Part shown: in pieces, positions 1 to 9,776 of the stretch | Layout: every line of letters starts with the position of its first letter | Position numbering within the stretch: the first letter of the stretch is position 1 | Origin: an uncultured Candidatus Saccharibacteria bacterium | Lineage (GTDB): Bacteria; Patescibacteriota; Minisyncoccia; Phycocordibacterales; JAACPR01 | Reading direction: 5' to 3' | Assembly: GCA_964538855.1 (NCBI GenBank) | Contig: CAZIEY010000001.1 | Span: 245,389-309,388, forward strand | Length of the DNA stretch: 64,000 bases | Notes under the pieces: generated by a model | Database searches by the model: none | Told to the model about the DNA's origin: nothing | What the model saw: the letters and a program-made list of their open reading frames with translations, nothing else | Translations under genes and position numbers: made by a program

Positions 1-453
1 AGTAAGTGATTCAACCAATTGCTGCTCGACAAATCGCAAATAACTACCTTGCATGTCGCGCATGATTTCACCAACGCACAAAATCGGAGTAAGCCCAGCC
101 TCGAGCACATGTGCTAATTTTTGTGCCACAATTTCATTCGTCTCGCCCATCGCCCGTCGTTCCGCATGCCCCACAATGACGAACTCGGCTCCCAAATCAC
201 GTACCATGCCAACCGAGATTTCGCCCGTCGTTGCCTCGTTATCATTCATATAGACATTTTGAGCTCCAAATGCAAACATGCCGCCCCGATAATTTTTCAC
301 GAGGTCCGCGAAATAGATGCTCGGAGGACAAATCACAACCTTGGCAGCCTTGGTCGAAAATTTCGTGCGCTTCAGTGTCGCAAACGTCTTTTTTGCTTCA
401 TTCAGAGACTGCGGCGCCATTTTCCAATTCGCGACTATGAGTTTTTTTGACAT
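1..453 (-). CDS. tpiA: Triosephosphate isomerase, N-terminal part (runs off window)
   Basis: Manual translation from ATG at 453: MSKKLIVANWKM...GHAERR...CVGE; absent from ORF track because truncated. Confidence 0.95.
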   Translation of the reverse strand, partial: MSKKLIVANWKMAPQSLNEAKKTFATLKRTKFSTKAAKVVICPPSIYFADLVKNYRGGMFAFGAQNVYMNDNEATTGEISVGMVRDLGAEFVIVGHAERRAMGETNEIVAQKLAHVLEAGLTPILCVGEIMRDMQGSYLRFVEQQLVESLT

Positions 454-502
454 GAAGCAATTTTAGCGTGTTTCGAGAGAAAAGGAAAACACGATCTGAC
501 TA

Positions 503-1633
503 TTACATCTTTTCAAACTTCCCATTCTTCGCTACTCTTACTTCAAAATCTTGCTCGAGAGTGTTACCGTTCTCATCGAAATTGAGAACTCCAACAAGAC
601 TATCGCCGTAAGTCTCACTTGTGAGCGCATCCGCCACAGCTTTATACGTATCGCTTTCATCTTCCAATGCTTCAGTAATGATACGCATCACATCGTACGC
701 ATGCACACTGAATTTGAGCGGCTCCCGATTATTGAATTCCTTTCGATAATTGTAGCAATACTGTTGCATCGCCACCGATCCTTCACAAGAAAATAATTGG
801 TCGGTAACAATCACACCTTCCGCATACTCCCCGGTTTGCTTAAAGAACTCACTACCAACAATTCCAGACCAGCTCAAAAATTGTTCGGTGATTCCTTGTT
901 CGCGCGCCTGTCTGACCACACCACCCGCACTCTTGTCGTTAGTGAGAACGTAATATGCATCAGGTTGTGCACCACGGAGTTTCGTTAATTGTGACCTATA
1001 ATCGGTCACTGATTTTCCATCAAACCCTTCCATCGCAACAATGCGTCCGCCAGCCGCTTCATACTGCTCTTTCACATAATCCTTCGCGAACACATGCGTA
1101 TCGCTCGACGAATCATAGATGACCGCGAGATTTTTAATGCCCTTATCAAGCATAAATGGAATAATTTGATCGATTTCTGCGTCAATATCTGGTTGAAGCT
1201 TGAACACATACTCACCTGCCGTATTTAATTTCGGCGTCGACGAGATTGCAATAAAAATAGTTTTTGTTTCTTCCATGATTGGAGCAACCGCGATATTCAC
1301 ACTACTGCCCGGCCCAGAAATAATCATCGATACTTTATCAATATCGATAAGTTTTCGCGCAGCAAGAACCGCCTTTTTAGGATCACTCGCGGTATCTTCA
1401 TAAACAAAATTCACTTTCGTTCCGTCGGCAGCCAAATCTTTTTTTATAAGATCAAGCCCGTTTTTAATGTCTTCACCGAAACTTGAAAAACCACCCGTGA
1501 GCGAAACAAGCACTCCAACATTTAAAGTTTCCTCCGATTTATGAGGCGTCACAAACTGAAAATATACACACGCCGCAATAAACACGGCAACCATACTGAT
1601 CCAGAAATTTTTCGTCATAATATTGTTTTTCAT
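503..1633 (-). CDS. LivJ/LivK-like ABC substrate-binding protein
   Basis: N-terminal anchor, VGVLVSLTG, YEDTASDPKKA, AYD and FDENG motifs. Confidence 0.85.
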   Translation of the reverse strand: MKNNIMTKNFWISMVAVFIAACVYFQFVTPHKSEETLNVGVLVSLTGGFSSFGEDIKNGLDLIKKDLAADGTKVNFVYEDTASDPKKAVLAARKLIDIDKVSMIISGPGSSVNIAVAPIMEETKTIFIAISSTPKLNTAGEYVFKLQPDIDAEIDQIIPFMLDKGIKNLAVIYDSSSDTHVFAKDYVKEQYEAAGGRIVAMEGFDGKSVTDYRSQLTKLRGAQPDAYYVLTNDKSAGGVVRQAREQGITEQFLSWSGIVGSEFFKQTGEYAEGVIVTDQLFSCEGSVAMQQYCYNYRKEFNNREPLKFSVHAYDVMRIITEALEDESDTYKAVADALTSETYGDSLVGVLNFDENGNTLEQDFEVRVAKNGKFEKM

Positions 1634-1779
1634 TACAAGACTAATTCTTCCATATGTCTAGTATATAAACAATAATCTCGGCATATTAATCACATAGACT
1701 TGATTATACCTATAATATAGGCTATATTCTAGATTATAAATGTCGCCATTATTTTCGGCATTTTATACGCAAACACATC

Positions 1780-2508
1780 ATGAATATAAAAAACGTACTG
1801 AAGCAACTGGGTTTGAATGACAGGCACTCTACGATATATCTTGCCTGTCTCGAGATTGGATCTGCCTCGATTCAAAAAATAAGCGAAAAATCGGGCTTCG
1901 CTCGCTCTACCTGCGAGGCAGTTTTGAAGTCTCTATGTGAAAAAGGATTCGTTACATCTTTTAAAAAGAAAACATCTCGACATTTCAGCCCAGAAGACCC
2001 GAAAAAGATTGTCGCGCTCGCACAAGAAAAAGTAAAACTGCTCGAGGAAACTTTACCGCAATTTTCAGCGCGGTATTTCAAGGGAAATATAGTCCCAACT
2101 GTTAGGCTTTACCAAGGAGAAGTCGGAATAAAAAATGTGCTCAAGGAAATGCTCGACGAAGCAACTGAAATTATAAGTTTCGGATCTATTGATGATATTC
2201 ATCGGGCACTTGGAGACTTTTTTCCAAAATTCACTGCGGAAAGAATCAAAAAACGGATTCCACTCAAGGTAATTCTACGCCACTCAGAACTCGCAGAGCA
2301 ACGAAAGAGGCTCGGGGTACAAGAATTGCGCGAAGTGCGAATTATTTCAGAGGAATATAATGTTTCGAGTGCCACCTTCGTATGGAATAACAAAGTAGCA
2401 ATGTGCTCTCTCAAAGAAGGAGTTGTGGCCTTTGTCATCGAAAGCAACGAACTTGCAAATATTCAGAGAACAATGTTTGAACTTATCTGGCACACACTAC
2501 CGGCATAA
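1780..2508 (+). CDS. TrmB-family transcriptional regulator
   Basis: N-terminal wHTH (LGL...IYLACLEIG...RST), VRLYQG linker, C-terminal effector domain ending FELIW. Confidence 0.85.
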   Translation: MNIKNVLKQLGLNDRHSTIYLACLEIGSASIQKISEKSGFARSTCEAVLKSLCEKGFVTSFKKKTSRHFSPEDPKKIVALAQEKVKLLEETLPQFSARYFKGNIVPTVRLYQGEVGIKNVLKEMLDEATEIISFGSIDDIHRALGDFFPKFTAERIKKRIPLKVILRHSELAEQRKRLGVQELREVRIISEEYNVSSATFVWNNKVAMCSLKEGVVAFVIESNELANIQRTMFELIWHTLPA

Positions 2509-2510
2509 AA

Positions 2511-3104
2511 TTAAAGAAACTTTTTAAGCACCTCAAAATCCTTCTTCAATTCTGGTAACCGCTTCCGGTTATACACCGCAACCGCCGGGTGATAGAGCGG
2601 GATGATGGTGACCGGTCCAAATCCGGCCTTAGCTTGAAAAACTTTGCCGTGAATCGTGCTAATGGCTTCAACAGACTCGCCCAAACCCAGCCGGTTCATC
2701 ACATATTCCATAGAAAAACGCCCGAGCGTCGCAATAACACGGGGTTGAATTACATCGATTTGGCGATCCAAAAATGGGCCATACAATTCGATTTCCGCTG
2801 GTTTGGGATCGCGATTATCAGTTGGGCGATCTTTTACGATGTTTGTCACATAGACGGAATCGCGAGACAGGTTAATGTGAGCGAGTAGTTCATCCAAAAT
2901 TCGCCCAGACATTCCGCAAAATGGACGTCCAGTTGCGGCCTCGTTTTTACCAGGCGCTTCTCCAACAAACATGATGTGCGCGTCATGACTTCCCTCACCA
3001 ATCACAGGGTGCGCATTATTTTTCACGCGCTCGGCGTAAAGGGGCGACTTTTTCAAATTCCACACCTCGTCATGAATCTTTTTAATCAGCTCATCCCTGC
3101 TCAT
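2511..3104 (-). CDS. Uracil-DNA glycosylase, family 4
   Basis: GEAPG, GRPFCG, TNIVK, LYHPA motifs. Confidence 0.93.
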   Translation of the reverse strand: MSRDELIKKIHDEVWNLKKSPLYAERVKNNAHPVIGEGSHDAHIMFVGEAPGKNEAATGRPFCGMSGRILDELLAHINLSRDSVYVTNIVKDRPTDNRDPKPAEIELYGPFLDRQIDVIQPRVIATLGRFSMEYVMNRLGLGESVEAISTIHGKVFQAKAGFGPVTIIPLYHPAVAVYNRKRLPELKKDFEVLKKFL

Positions 3105-3137
3105 ATATAGAAATGTAACAAATTTAGCGCTCGTCGT

Positions 3138-4358
3138 CTAAATCACGTTCACGAGTGAGTACATCGGACTAATCATGGAAATTGCAAAGAATCCAACAAC
3201 AATACCGACGAGCACCATCAAGAACGGTTCGATAATTGTAGACATATTTTTCGTCTTTTGATCAACCTCATCTTCATAAAAAACAGCGACTTTGAGAAGC
3301 ATTTTACCGAGGTCTCCAGTTTCTTCACCAACAATCATCATTTCCGAAACGAAAACTGGATACAACGTGTCTGCCTCACGAAAAACCTTTGAAATCGGCA
3401 AACCGAGCTGAATATTTTTCTCAGCCTGTTCAATAGTTGCCTGATAATACGAATTTTGCACGACTTCACGCACAATTTGCAAGGAACGCACAAACGGCAC
3501 GCCAGCCGCCAAAAGAGATGCCAAGGTTCGTGTAGTACGCGCTGCGTTCACTTCTTTCACCAAAGGCGCAATGAGAGGCATATGAAGAAGGAACCAATCG
3601 CGACCCTGTCGCCCCTTCTTTGTCTTCAATCCAAAATAAATTCCGGCAAAAATCGCGGCGATGATCGCAATAAATGCGAGCCAATGATTTTGAGCAAAAT
3701 TACTGAGATTAATAATGAACATAGTCGAGCCAGGCAATTCCACCTTCAGTGCCGTAAAAGTATTTGTCAAAGTTGGCACAACATACACAAGTAAAAATAC
3801 ACCAATGATCACCATCGCGGAAATAATAACTCCTGGATACACCATGGCGCCCTTGATTTTCTTCTGCAAGGTATAGGTTTTTTCCATTTGCTCTGCAACC
3901 ACACCGAGAGCTTGAGACAAATTTCCCGACTCTTCACCAGATTGAACCATCGACACCATGAGTTGCGAGAACACATTCGGGAAATGAGTGAGTGCAGTCG
4001 AAAGTGGAGAACCTTTTTTGACACTGTCATTAATAAAGGCCAAAACCTTTTTCATTTTTTTGTTAGTGGTCTGACGTTCCATGACCGACAATGCACGCGA
4101 CAAAGACAAGCCCGCCTCGATCATCGCCGCTAAATTGCGATTGAAAATAATCTTTTCGTGTGTCGAAACCGTACCCATCGCCGACAATTTTACCCACAAC
4201 ATTTGCCAATTAAATGAGCCACTCTGTTTTATAGACAAAACACCCAGACCCTCAGAGCGCAAAGTTTTTTGCAGATCAGCCTCGTGCTCGGCAGTTCGAA
4301 TACCTTGGATAATTAGACCCTCTTTATTAAATGCTTTGAAATGAAATTCGGTTGCCAT
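3138..4358 (-). CDS. pilC: Type IV pilus platform protein PilC (GspF family)
   Basis: Two GspF repeats (GEESGNL, GEETGDL), AMVYP, EPFLMV. Confidence 0.93.
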   Translation of the reverse strand: MATEFHFKAFNKEGLIIQGIRTAEHEADLQKTLRSEGLGVLSIKQSGSFNWQMLWVKLSAMGTVSTHEKIIFNRNLAAMIEAGLSLSRALSVMERQTTNKKMKKVLAFINDSVKKGSPLSTALTHFPNVFSQLMVSMVQSGEESGNLSQALGVVAEQMEKTYTLQKKIKGAMVYPGVIISAMVIIGVFLLVYVVPTLTNTFTALKVELPGSTMFIINLSNFAQNHWLAFIAIIAAIFAGIYFGLKTKKGRQGRDWFLLHMPLIAPLVKEVNAARTTRTLASLLAAGVPFVRSLQIVREVVQNSYYQATIEQAEKNIQLGLPISKVFREADTLYPVFVSEMMIVGEETGDLGKMLLKVAVFYEDEVDQKTKNMSTIIEPFLMVLVGIVVGFFAISMISPMYSLVNVI

Positions 4359-4367
4359 AATATGAAA

Positions 4368-6104
4368 TTATTCAGAGATAACACGCAAAACCTCTTCGAT
4401 TGTTGTGTGTCCGAGAGCTGCTTTGTAAATTCCGTCTTCAAGCATAGTAAGCATGCCTTCGCTCTTGGCTTGATCCTCGATTTTTTCAGCAACCTCGCCT
4501 TTAATAATCAAATTACGAATAGTGTCGGTGACATGCAAAATTTCATGGATTCCAACTCGACCATGAAATCCATCATCGTCGCCTTCGGCAATCGGTTTAT
4601 AAAAAGGAATCTTTTTCCAAGTCGCGCCCACAGGAACTTCCTTTGCCTTAATCAAAGTCTCTAAAATCTTTTTCATGTCTGCTTTTTTCTCGAGCTGAGC
4701 GAGCGCTGGCGCTGTCAAAAAATATTTTTCTTTCTTGACGAGGCGACGTACCAAACGTTGCGCAATGATTACTTTTAAAGTTGAGACGAGCAAAAATGGC
4801 TCGGCACCCATATCGATCATACGCGGAATTGTTCCTGCCGCAGAATTTGTGTGAAGTGTCGAAAGAACAAGGTGACCAGTCAACGATGCATTAATTGCAA
4901 GTGACGCAGTCTCCCCATCTCGAATTTCCCCCACCATAATAATATCCGGGTCCTGACGCACCAACGTTCGTAAACCTTCAGAAAAAGAAAATCCAATATC
5001 CGGTTTCACCTGCGTTTGGTTAACGCGTTTCATTTGATATTCAATCGGATCTTCGACCGTTGAAATGTTCACGTCCGGCGTGTTAAGCAAATCCAAAAGC
5101 GTGTAGAGTGTCGTCGACTTTCCGGAACCAGTCGGACCAGTCGCCAAAATTAAACCGGTTGTTTGTTTGAGGGCTTCGTGAATTTGTTCCAAACCGTCGC
5201 CATGAAAACCGAGCGATTCCAAAGTAAATCCACCGCCACCTTCGCGCAAAATACGCATCACAGTTTTTTCTCCGTAATACACCGGCAAAATAGATACACG
5301 GAAAGAAACTTTTTCGGCATCAAGTTCAATTTTAAATCGTCCGTCCTGCGGTAAACGCTTTTCGTCGAGTTTCAAGTTCGACAAAACTTTGATACGCGCC
5401 GTGATCGCCCCGCCAACGTGTTTTGGCAACGTCATCGCATCGTGGAGCAAACCATCCACGCGATATCGCACCACCAATTCTTTTTCGGCTGGTTCGATAT
5501 GAATGTCGGATGCTCCCTGCAAAATTGCGTGCTTCAAAAGTGTGTCCACAATTTTCACCACTGGCAAATCAGCCGCGATTTTTTGTAAGTCATCTTCGCT
5601 CGTTTCTTCGCCGCCAGTATCCTTGATTTCGGCTGTCTGCGTTTTAATAATGTCTCCAAAATCCGCCTTCAAAGATTTCTGGTACTGAATAAGAGCCTTT
5701 TTAAGCGAATCAGTCGACGTGAGACGTGGCAAAATTCGCAACCCCGTTTTTTTATGTACGAAATCAATCGCCGACAAATCATCAGTGTCGAGCATGGCAA
5801 CCTCCAAATCCTTGCCGTTCTGTTTGTAGGCAATAATGTTGTGTTTGCGCGCAATCGGCTCAGGAATAATAGAGAGAACTTCGAAAGGAATTTTATTTGT
5901 GCCAGCGTCAATAAATGGAATTCCGAGGATGTAGGCCTGGACGCGTTTGAGATCATCTTCGGTGATTTTTCCTTCGCTCACCAAATAGTTTCCGAGCGTC
6001 ATCGATCCGTCCGCTACTTTTTTTTCGGCAGAGAGAATATCCTCACGACTGACGAGGCCAGAGTCAACAATAAACTCTTTTAATTTGTCATCCTCAATGT
6101 ACAC
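4368..6104 (-). CDS. pilB: Type IV pilus assembly ATPase PilB/GspE
   Basis: ASDIHIEP, GPTGSGKS, EDPIEY, RQDPD, LSTLHTN; adjacent to pilC. Confidence 0.92.
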   Translation of the reverse strand: MYIEDDKLKEFIVDSGLVSREDILSAEKKVADGSMTLGNYLVSEGKITEDDLKRVQAYILGIPFIDAGTNKIPFEVLSIIPEPIARKHNIIAYKQNGKDLEVAMLDTDDLSAIDFVHKKTGLRILPRLTSTDSLKKALIQYQKSLKADFGDIIKTQTAEIKDTGGEETSEDDLQKIAADLPVVKIVDTLLKHAILQGASDIHIEPAEKELVVRYRVDGLLHDAMTLPKHVGGAITARIKVLSNLKLDEKRLPQDGRFKIELDAEKVSFRVSILPVYYGEKTVMRILREGGGGFTLESLGFHGDGLEQIHEALKQTTGLILATGPTGSGKSTTLYTLLDLLNTPDVNISTVEDPIEYQMKRVNQTQVKPDIGFSFSEGLRTLVRQDPDIIMVGEIRDGETASLAINASLTGHLVLSTLHTNSAAGTIPRMIDMGAEPFLLVSTLKVIIAQRLVRRLVKKEKYFLTAPALAQLEKKADMKKILETLIKAKEVPVGATWKKIPFYKPIAEGDDDGFHGRVGIHEILHVTDTIRNLIIKGEVAEKIEDQAKSEGMLTMLEDGIYKAALGHTTIEEVLRVISE

Positions 6105-6224
6105 GTTGCAATTATAGCAGGAGTTTTCAAATCTGCGGCGAGGTTTTTCAGTCTAAAAATAATTTGACACATGCAATTTAAAAGAATAAGGTTTTATAGA
6201 ATCCCAACCATAAGGAGTACGAAC

Positions 6225-6470
6225 ATGGGAACGACATCAGTTCTGATCTTGATCCTTTGCCTCGGAATAATGACCTGGGCAGTCATCAAAGCCCCAAAAA
6301 AGCGGGGCGGCAAAAACATCAGCCAACCTCCTCAGAAAACCCCAAGTGCCATCGAGGAGGAGCAGCTGACCAAGGAAGGTAGGTGCCTGACCTGCAAACA
6401 AGTCATGCACAGGGGAAATCCGGATTGGGGTGGAGGTGTGTGCAGGCGGTGTTGGGGCATAAGCCATTGA
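6225..6470 (+). CDS. Small orphan membrane protein with CxxC...CxxC motif
   Basis: AGGAG before ATG 6225, N-terminal hydrophobic helix, CLTC and CRRC, downstream hairpin. Confidence 0.6.
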   Translation: MGTTSVLILILCLGIMTWAVIKAPKKRGGKNISQPPQKTPSAIEEEQLTKEGRCLTCKQVMHRGNPDWGGGVCRRCWGISH

Positions 6471-6489
6471 CCCCTCGCCAAGGGAATTG

Positions 6490-6531
6490 GGGGGCTGGAG
6501 CGTGTGGACATAACCACGCTCCAGCCCTTTT
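6490..6531 (+). terminator. Intrinsic terminator
   Basis: gggctggagcgt/acgctccagccc stem followed by Ts. Confidence 0.7.
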
Positions 6532-6538
6532 ATAATAT

Positions 6539-6616
6539 TTGACAACTCCCTAAAAGTTTTGCTATTATATAGGGGTTACAGACAAGTTCGCCAACACCAG
6601 GCGGGCTCATTTTTTT
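6539..6616 (+). promoter_or_regulatory. nusA promoter and leader terminator-like hairpin
   Basis: TTGACA-18-TATTAT; gttcgcc/ggcgggc hairpin then T7. Confidence 0.6.
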
Positions 6617-6677
6617 AGGAAAAATGGCATTTCGGTGAATTATTAACGCGCGCAAGCGCACTTACAAACCAAAAAAC

Positions 6678-7868
6678 ATGTTCGATTTAAAAATCATCAA
6701 TTCAGTTCTCGCACAGCTCGAAGAAGAGCGCGGAATCCCAAAAGCAAAGATTATCGAAGCGATTGAACTCGCGCTCGGTACTGCATATAAAAAAGAGTAC
6801 GGCAAAAAAGGTCAAATCGTCAAAGCGAAATTCAATCTCGACAGTGGCGACGTGGAATTTTGGCAAACAAAAATTGTAGTCGACAAAGACTCTGTCATTA
6901 TGGAAGGTGACATTACCGAAGAAACTCCAGCAACTGTAGAAGGTACTGAAGAAGTTATGAAAGTTCGCTTCAACCCAGAACATCACATCTTGCTCGAAAA
7001 CGCGAAATTGATGAAGCGTGGCGCAAAAGTCGACGACGAAATTCTCTTCCCTCTCGAAAAGAAGGATGATTTCGGACGCATCTCTGCTCAAACCGCAAAA
7101 CAAGTCATCACTCAAAAGATTCGCGAAGCTGAAAAAGGTATCGTTATGTCAGAATACGGTGAAAAAGAAGGAGAAATTGTCTCTGGAACCGTCGAACGAA
7201 TCGAACGCGGAACTGTATTTTTGGATATGGGTCGCGCAATCGGAACACTCGCCTACGAAGAACAAATTCCAGGCCAGCGATTTAAACAAGGTGAGCGAGT
7301 TCGCGCATATCTTTTCCGCGTCGATGAAACTCCACGTGGTGTTTTCCTAAAACTCTCTCGTTCTCATCCTAAATTCCTCGAAGAATTATTCAAGGCAGAA
7401 GTTCCTGAAATTGCGTCCGGTACTATCGAAATTAAAGCCGTTGCTCGCGAAGCAGGTTCTCGTTCAAAGGTTGCCGTCATCACAAAAGATGATCATGTCG
7501 ATCCTGTCGGAGCGATGGTTGGTCAACGAGGTGTTCGTGTCAGCACAATTACGAGCGAACTTGGTGGAGAAAAAATCGACATTATCGAATGGTCTGAAAA
7601 TCCTACTGCTTTTATCGAAGAAGCCCTCTCTCCTGCGAAGATCTTGAATATCGAAACCGCAGAAACTCCAGAAGGTGGTAAAATTGCCAAAGTGACCGTT
7701 GCCGAAGATCAGCAATCACTCGCGATTGGTAAAGGTGGTCAAAACGTTCGTCTCGCTGCGAAATTGACTGGTTGGAAAATCGACATCCGATCAGATGCAA
7801 AACCAAAGGAAGACGCGGACGACGCAGTATCAACGGAAGAAACTTCAACAGAAACTAACCCAGCATAA
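6678..7868 (+). CDS. nusA: Transcription termination factor NusA
   Basis: FGRISAQTAKQ, S1 and KH domains, AIGKGGQNVRLAAKLTGWKIDI. Confidence 0.98.
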   Translation: MFDLKIINSVLAQLEEERGIPKAKIIEAIELALGTAYKKEYGKKGQIVKAKFNLDSGDVEFWQTKIVVDKDSVIMEGDITEETPATVEGTEEVMKVRFNPEHHILLENAKLMKRGAKVDDEILFPLEKKDDFGRISAQTAKQVITQKIREAEKGIVMSEYGEKEGEIVSGTVERIERGTVFLDMGRAIGTLAYEEQIPGQRFKQGERVRAYLFRVDETPRGVFLKLSRSHPKFLEELFKAEVPEIASGTIEIKAVAREAGSRSKVAVITKDDHVDPVGAMVGQRGVRVSTITSELGGEKIDIIEWSENPTAFIEEALSPAKILNIETAETPEGGKIAKVTVAEDQQSLAIGKGGQNVRLAAKLTGWKIDIRSDAKPKEDADDAVSTEETSTETNPA

Positions 7869-7870
7869 AT

Positions 7871-8395
7871 ATGACAAACTTATTGCACGACATAGACCCA
7901 GGAACAAAGAGCGAGATGACCACAATCATCGAAATTAACCGCGGTTCAAAGAACAAGTACGAAATCGACAAAAAAACTGGCCTTATTGCGCTCGACCGAG
8001 CAATGCACACAGCCCAGGACTACCCTTTTGACTACGGGTTCGTTCCGCAAACATTATGGGATGACGGCGATGCATTAGACGTGGTTGTTTTGACAACATA
8101 TCCACTTTTCCCAGGCATTTTGGTTCGAGTTCGCCCAGTTGCCATCATTCACATGGTGGATAACGGTGAAAGTGACGCAAAAATCGTCGCTGTTCCAACA
8201 GAAGATCCTCGATTTGATGACGTGAATGACCTCAAAGACGTCAATAAACACACAATCAAAGAAATTGAACACTTCTTCCTCACTTACAAGAAAATTCAAA
8301 AGAAAGAAGTTACAATTAGTGGAATCGAAGGTCGCGAAGCAGCAGAAAAAGCATTCGAACGATCTCGAGAGATGTATAAAGCAAGTAAGAAATAA
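7871..8395 (+). CDS. ppa: Inorganic pyrophosphatase, family I
   Basis: KYEID, YGFVPQT, DGDALD motifs. Confidence 0.97.
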   Translation: MTNLLHDIDPGTKSEMTTIIEINRGSKNKYEIDKKTGLIALDRAMHTAQDYPFDYGFVPQTLWDDGDALDVVVLTTYPLFPGILVRVRPVAIIHMVDNGESDAKIVAVPTEDPRFDDVNDLKDVNKHTIKEIEHFFLTYKKIQKKEVTISGIEGREAAEKAFERSREMYKASKK

Positions 8396-8495
8396 GGCGT
8401 TCGCGATAAAAAACTCTCTTTGTGAGGGTTTTTTATTTACTTTTCCAAAACTAGTATATAATTATTGCATTATTAGTCGTTAATTAATTGAGCCA

Positions 8496-9359
8496 ATGAA
8501 AAAAAGTTTATACGTTTTATTAATGTGTGGTGTGTTGTTTGCCGGAACTACCGTATTCGCACGTGACGGCGCAAGCGGTGCTGACCGTGCTGATCGAATT
8601 GCAGAACGAGGAGCTGCATTAGAAGAAACACGCGCGGAACGCGAAGCGAAACTTGCCGAAAGAAAGGCTGAGTTTGAAGCAAAACAAGCTGAGCGCGAAG
8701 CAAAAATGGAAGAACGGCGTGCGGAAATTGAAACCAGAATCGCAGAACGAGGTGAAAAAGTCGAGGAACGCACCGCGAAACTCGAGCTCAAAATGGAGGA
8801 GCGTAAAGCCAAAATGGAAGAGCGAGGAGCGGAACGTGCAATCAGAATCGAGGAGCGAAAAACAAAAATCGAAGAGCGCTTTGAAAAAATGAAAGCAAAC
8901 GTTGCTGAACGAAAAGCAAAGTTTGATGAAAAACAAAAAGAACGCGTCGGGAAACTTTTCGACAGAATTTTTGCTACATTTGATCACGTCGCAGAAAAAC
9001 TCGCCAACATTGACGCACGAATTACAGCAAAATTAACTGCGCTCGAAGCCCGAGGTGTCGACACATCCGAAGCCGAAACAAAACTTGAAGCCGCAAAAGA
9101 TTCTCTCAACGCAACGCTCGCTGAAATTGCTTCTGTAAAAGAAACACTAAGTGGCGCAGTCAACGACGAGATGAGCAAAGAATTTGCAAAAGAATTAATT
9201 CAAGGCACAAAAGCTTCTCTCAAATCAACTCACGAAGCATATCGCGCAGTACTCGTATCTGTAAAAAAATCTGACGACGGTGCCGAAGACAAAGTAGAAG
9301 TGGAAAATGAATTTGAAACTGAACATGCAGACGATGTAGACACAGAAGACGCTCAATAA
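8496..9359 (+). CDS. Secreted coiled-coil protein of unknown function
   Basis: Signal peptide ending VFA, E/K/R-rich helical repeats, acidic tail. Confidence 0.75.
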   Translation: MKKSLYVLLMCGVLFAGTTVFARDGASGADRADRIAERGAALEETRAEREAKLAERKAEFEAKQAEREAKMEERRAEIETRIAERGEKVEERTAKLELKMEERKAKMEERGAERAIRIEERKTKIEERFEKMKANVAERKAKFDEKQKERVGKLFDRIFATFDHVAEKLANIDARITAKLTALEARGVDTSEAETKLEAAKDSLNATLAEIASVKETLSGAVNDEMSKEFAKELIQGTKASLKSTHEAYRAVLVSVKKSDDGAEDKVEVENEFETEHADDVDTEDAQ

Positions 9360-9382
9360 TTATTAACTGATATACTATACGT

Positions 9383-9688
9383 ATGGACTTCTCAAATAAT
9401 CAACCAAACAATTTCCCAAACACAATGCCAGGTGCAGTACCACCTAAAAAAGAAAGCGGAGTTGGACCAATTATCGGCTCAATTATTATTATCATATTAT
9501 TGGTTTTGGGTGCACTCTATTTCTACGGATCGATTGTAGAACGACGTCAAACACAGGGCGCTCGAACACCAGCTCTCAGTGAATCAACTCGTGTTGCCGA
9601 CATCGAATCAGACCTTAATGTTCCAGAGCTCGATACAGTTGATGCGGATATGGCAGAATTAGAGGCAGAAATTGACGCAGCATTGTAA
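9383..9688 (+). CDS. Small single-pass membrane protein
   Basis: GPIIGSIIIIILLVLGALYFYG helix, acidic C-terminus. Confidence 0.75.
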   Translation: MDFSNNQPNNFPNTMPGAVPPKKESGVGPIIGSIIIIILLVLGALYFYGSIVERRQTQGARTPALSESTRVADIESDLNVPELDTVDADMAELEAEIDAAL

Positions 9689-9776
9689 TGTAATAAAAAA
9701 GCGCGGATGACACACTGCTCCGTGCTTTTTTATTACCTTTGATTTTTTACCGATTTTCATATAGAATGCCGGAATC

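Noticed and set aside
8496-9359. DNA-level repeat in the coiled-coil gene
   Set aside because: Degenerate amino-acid periodicity only
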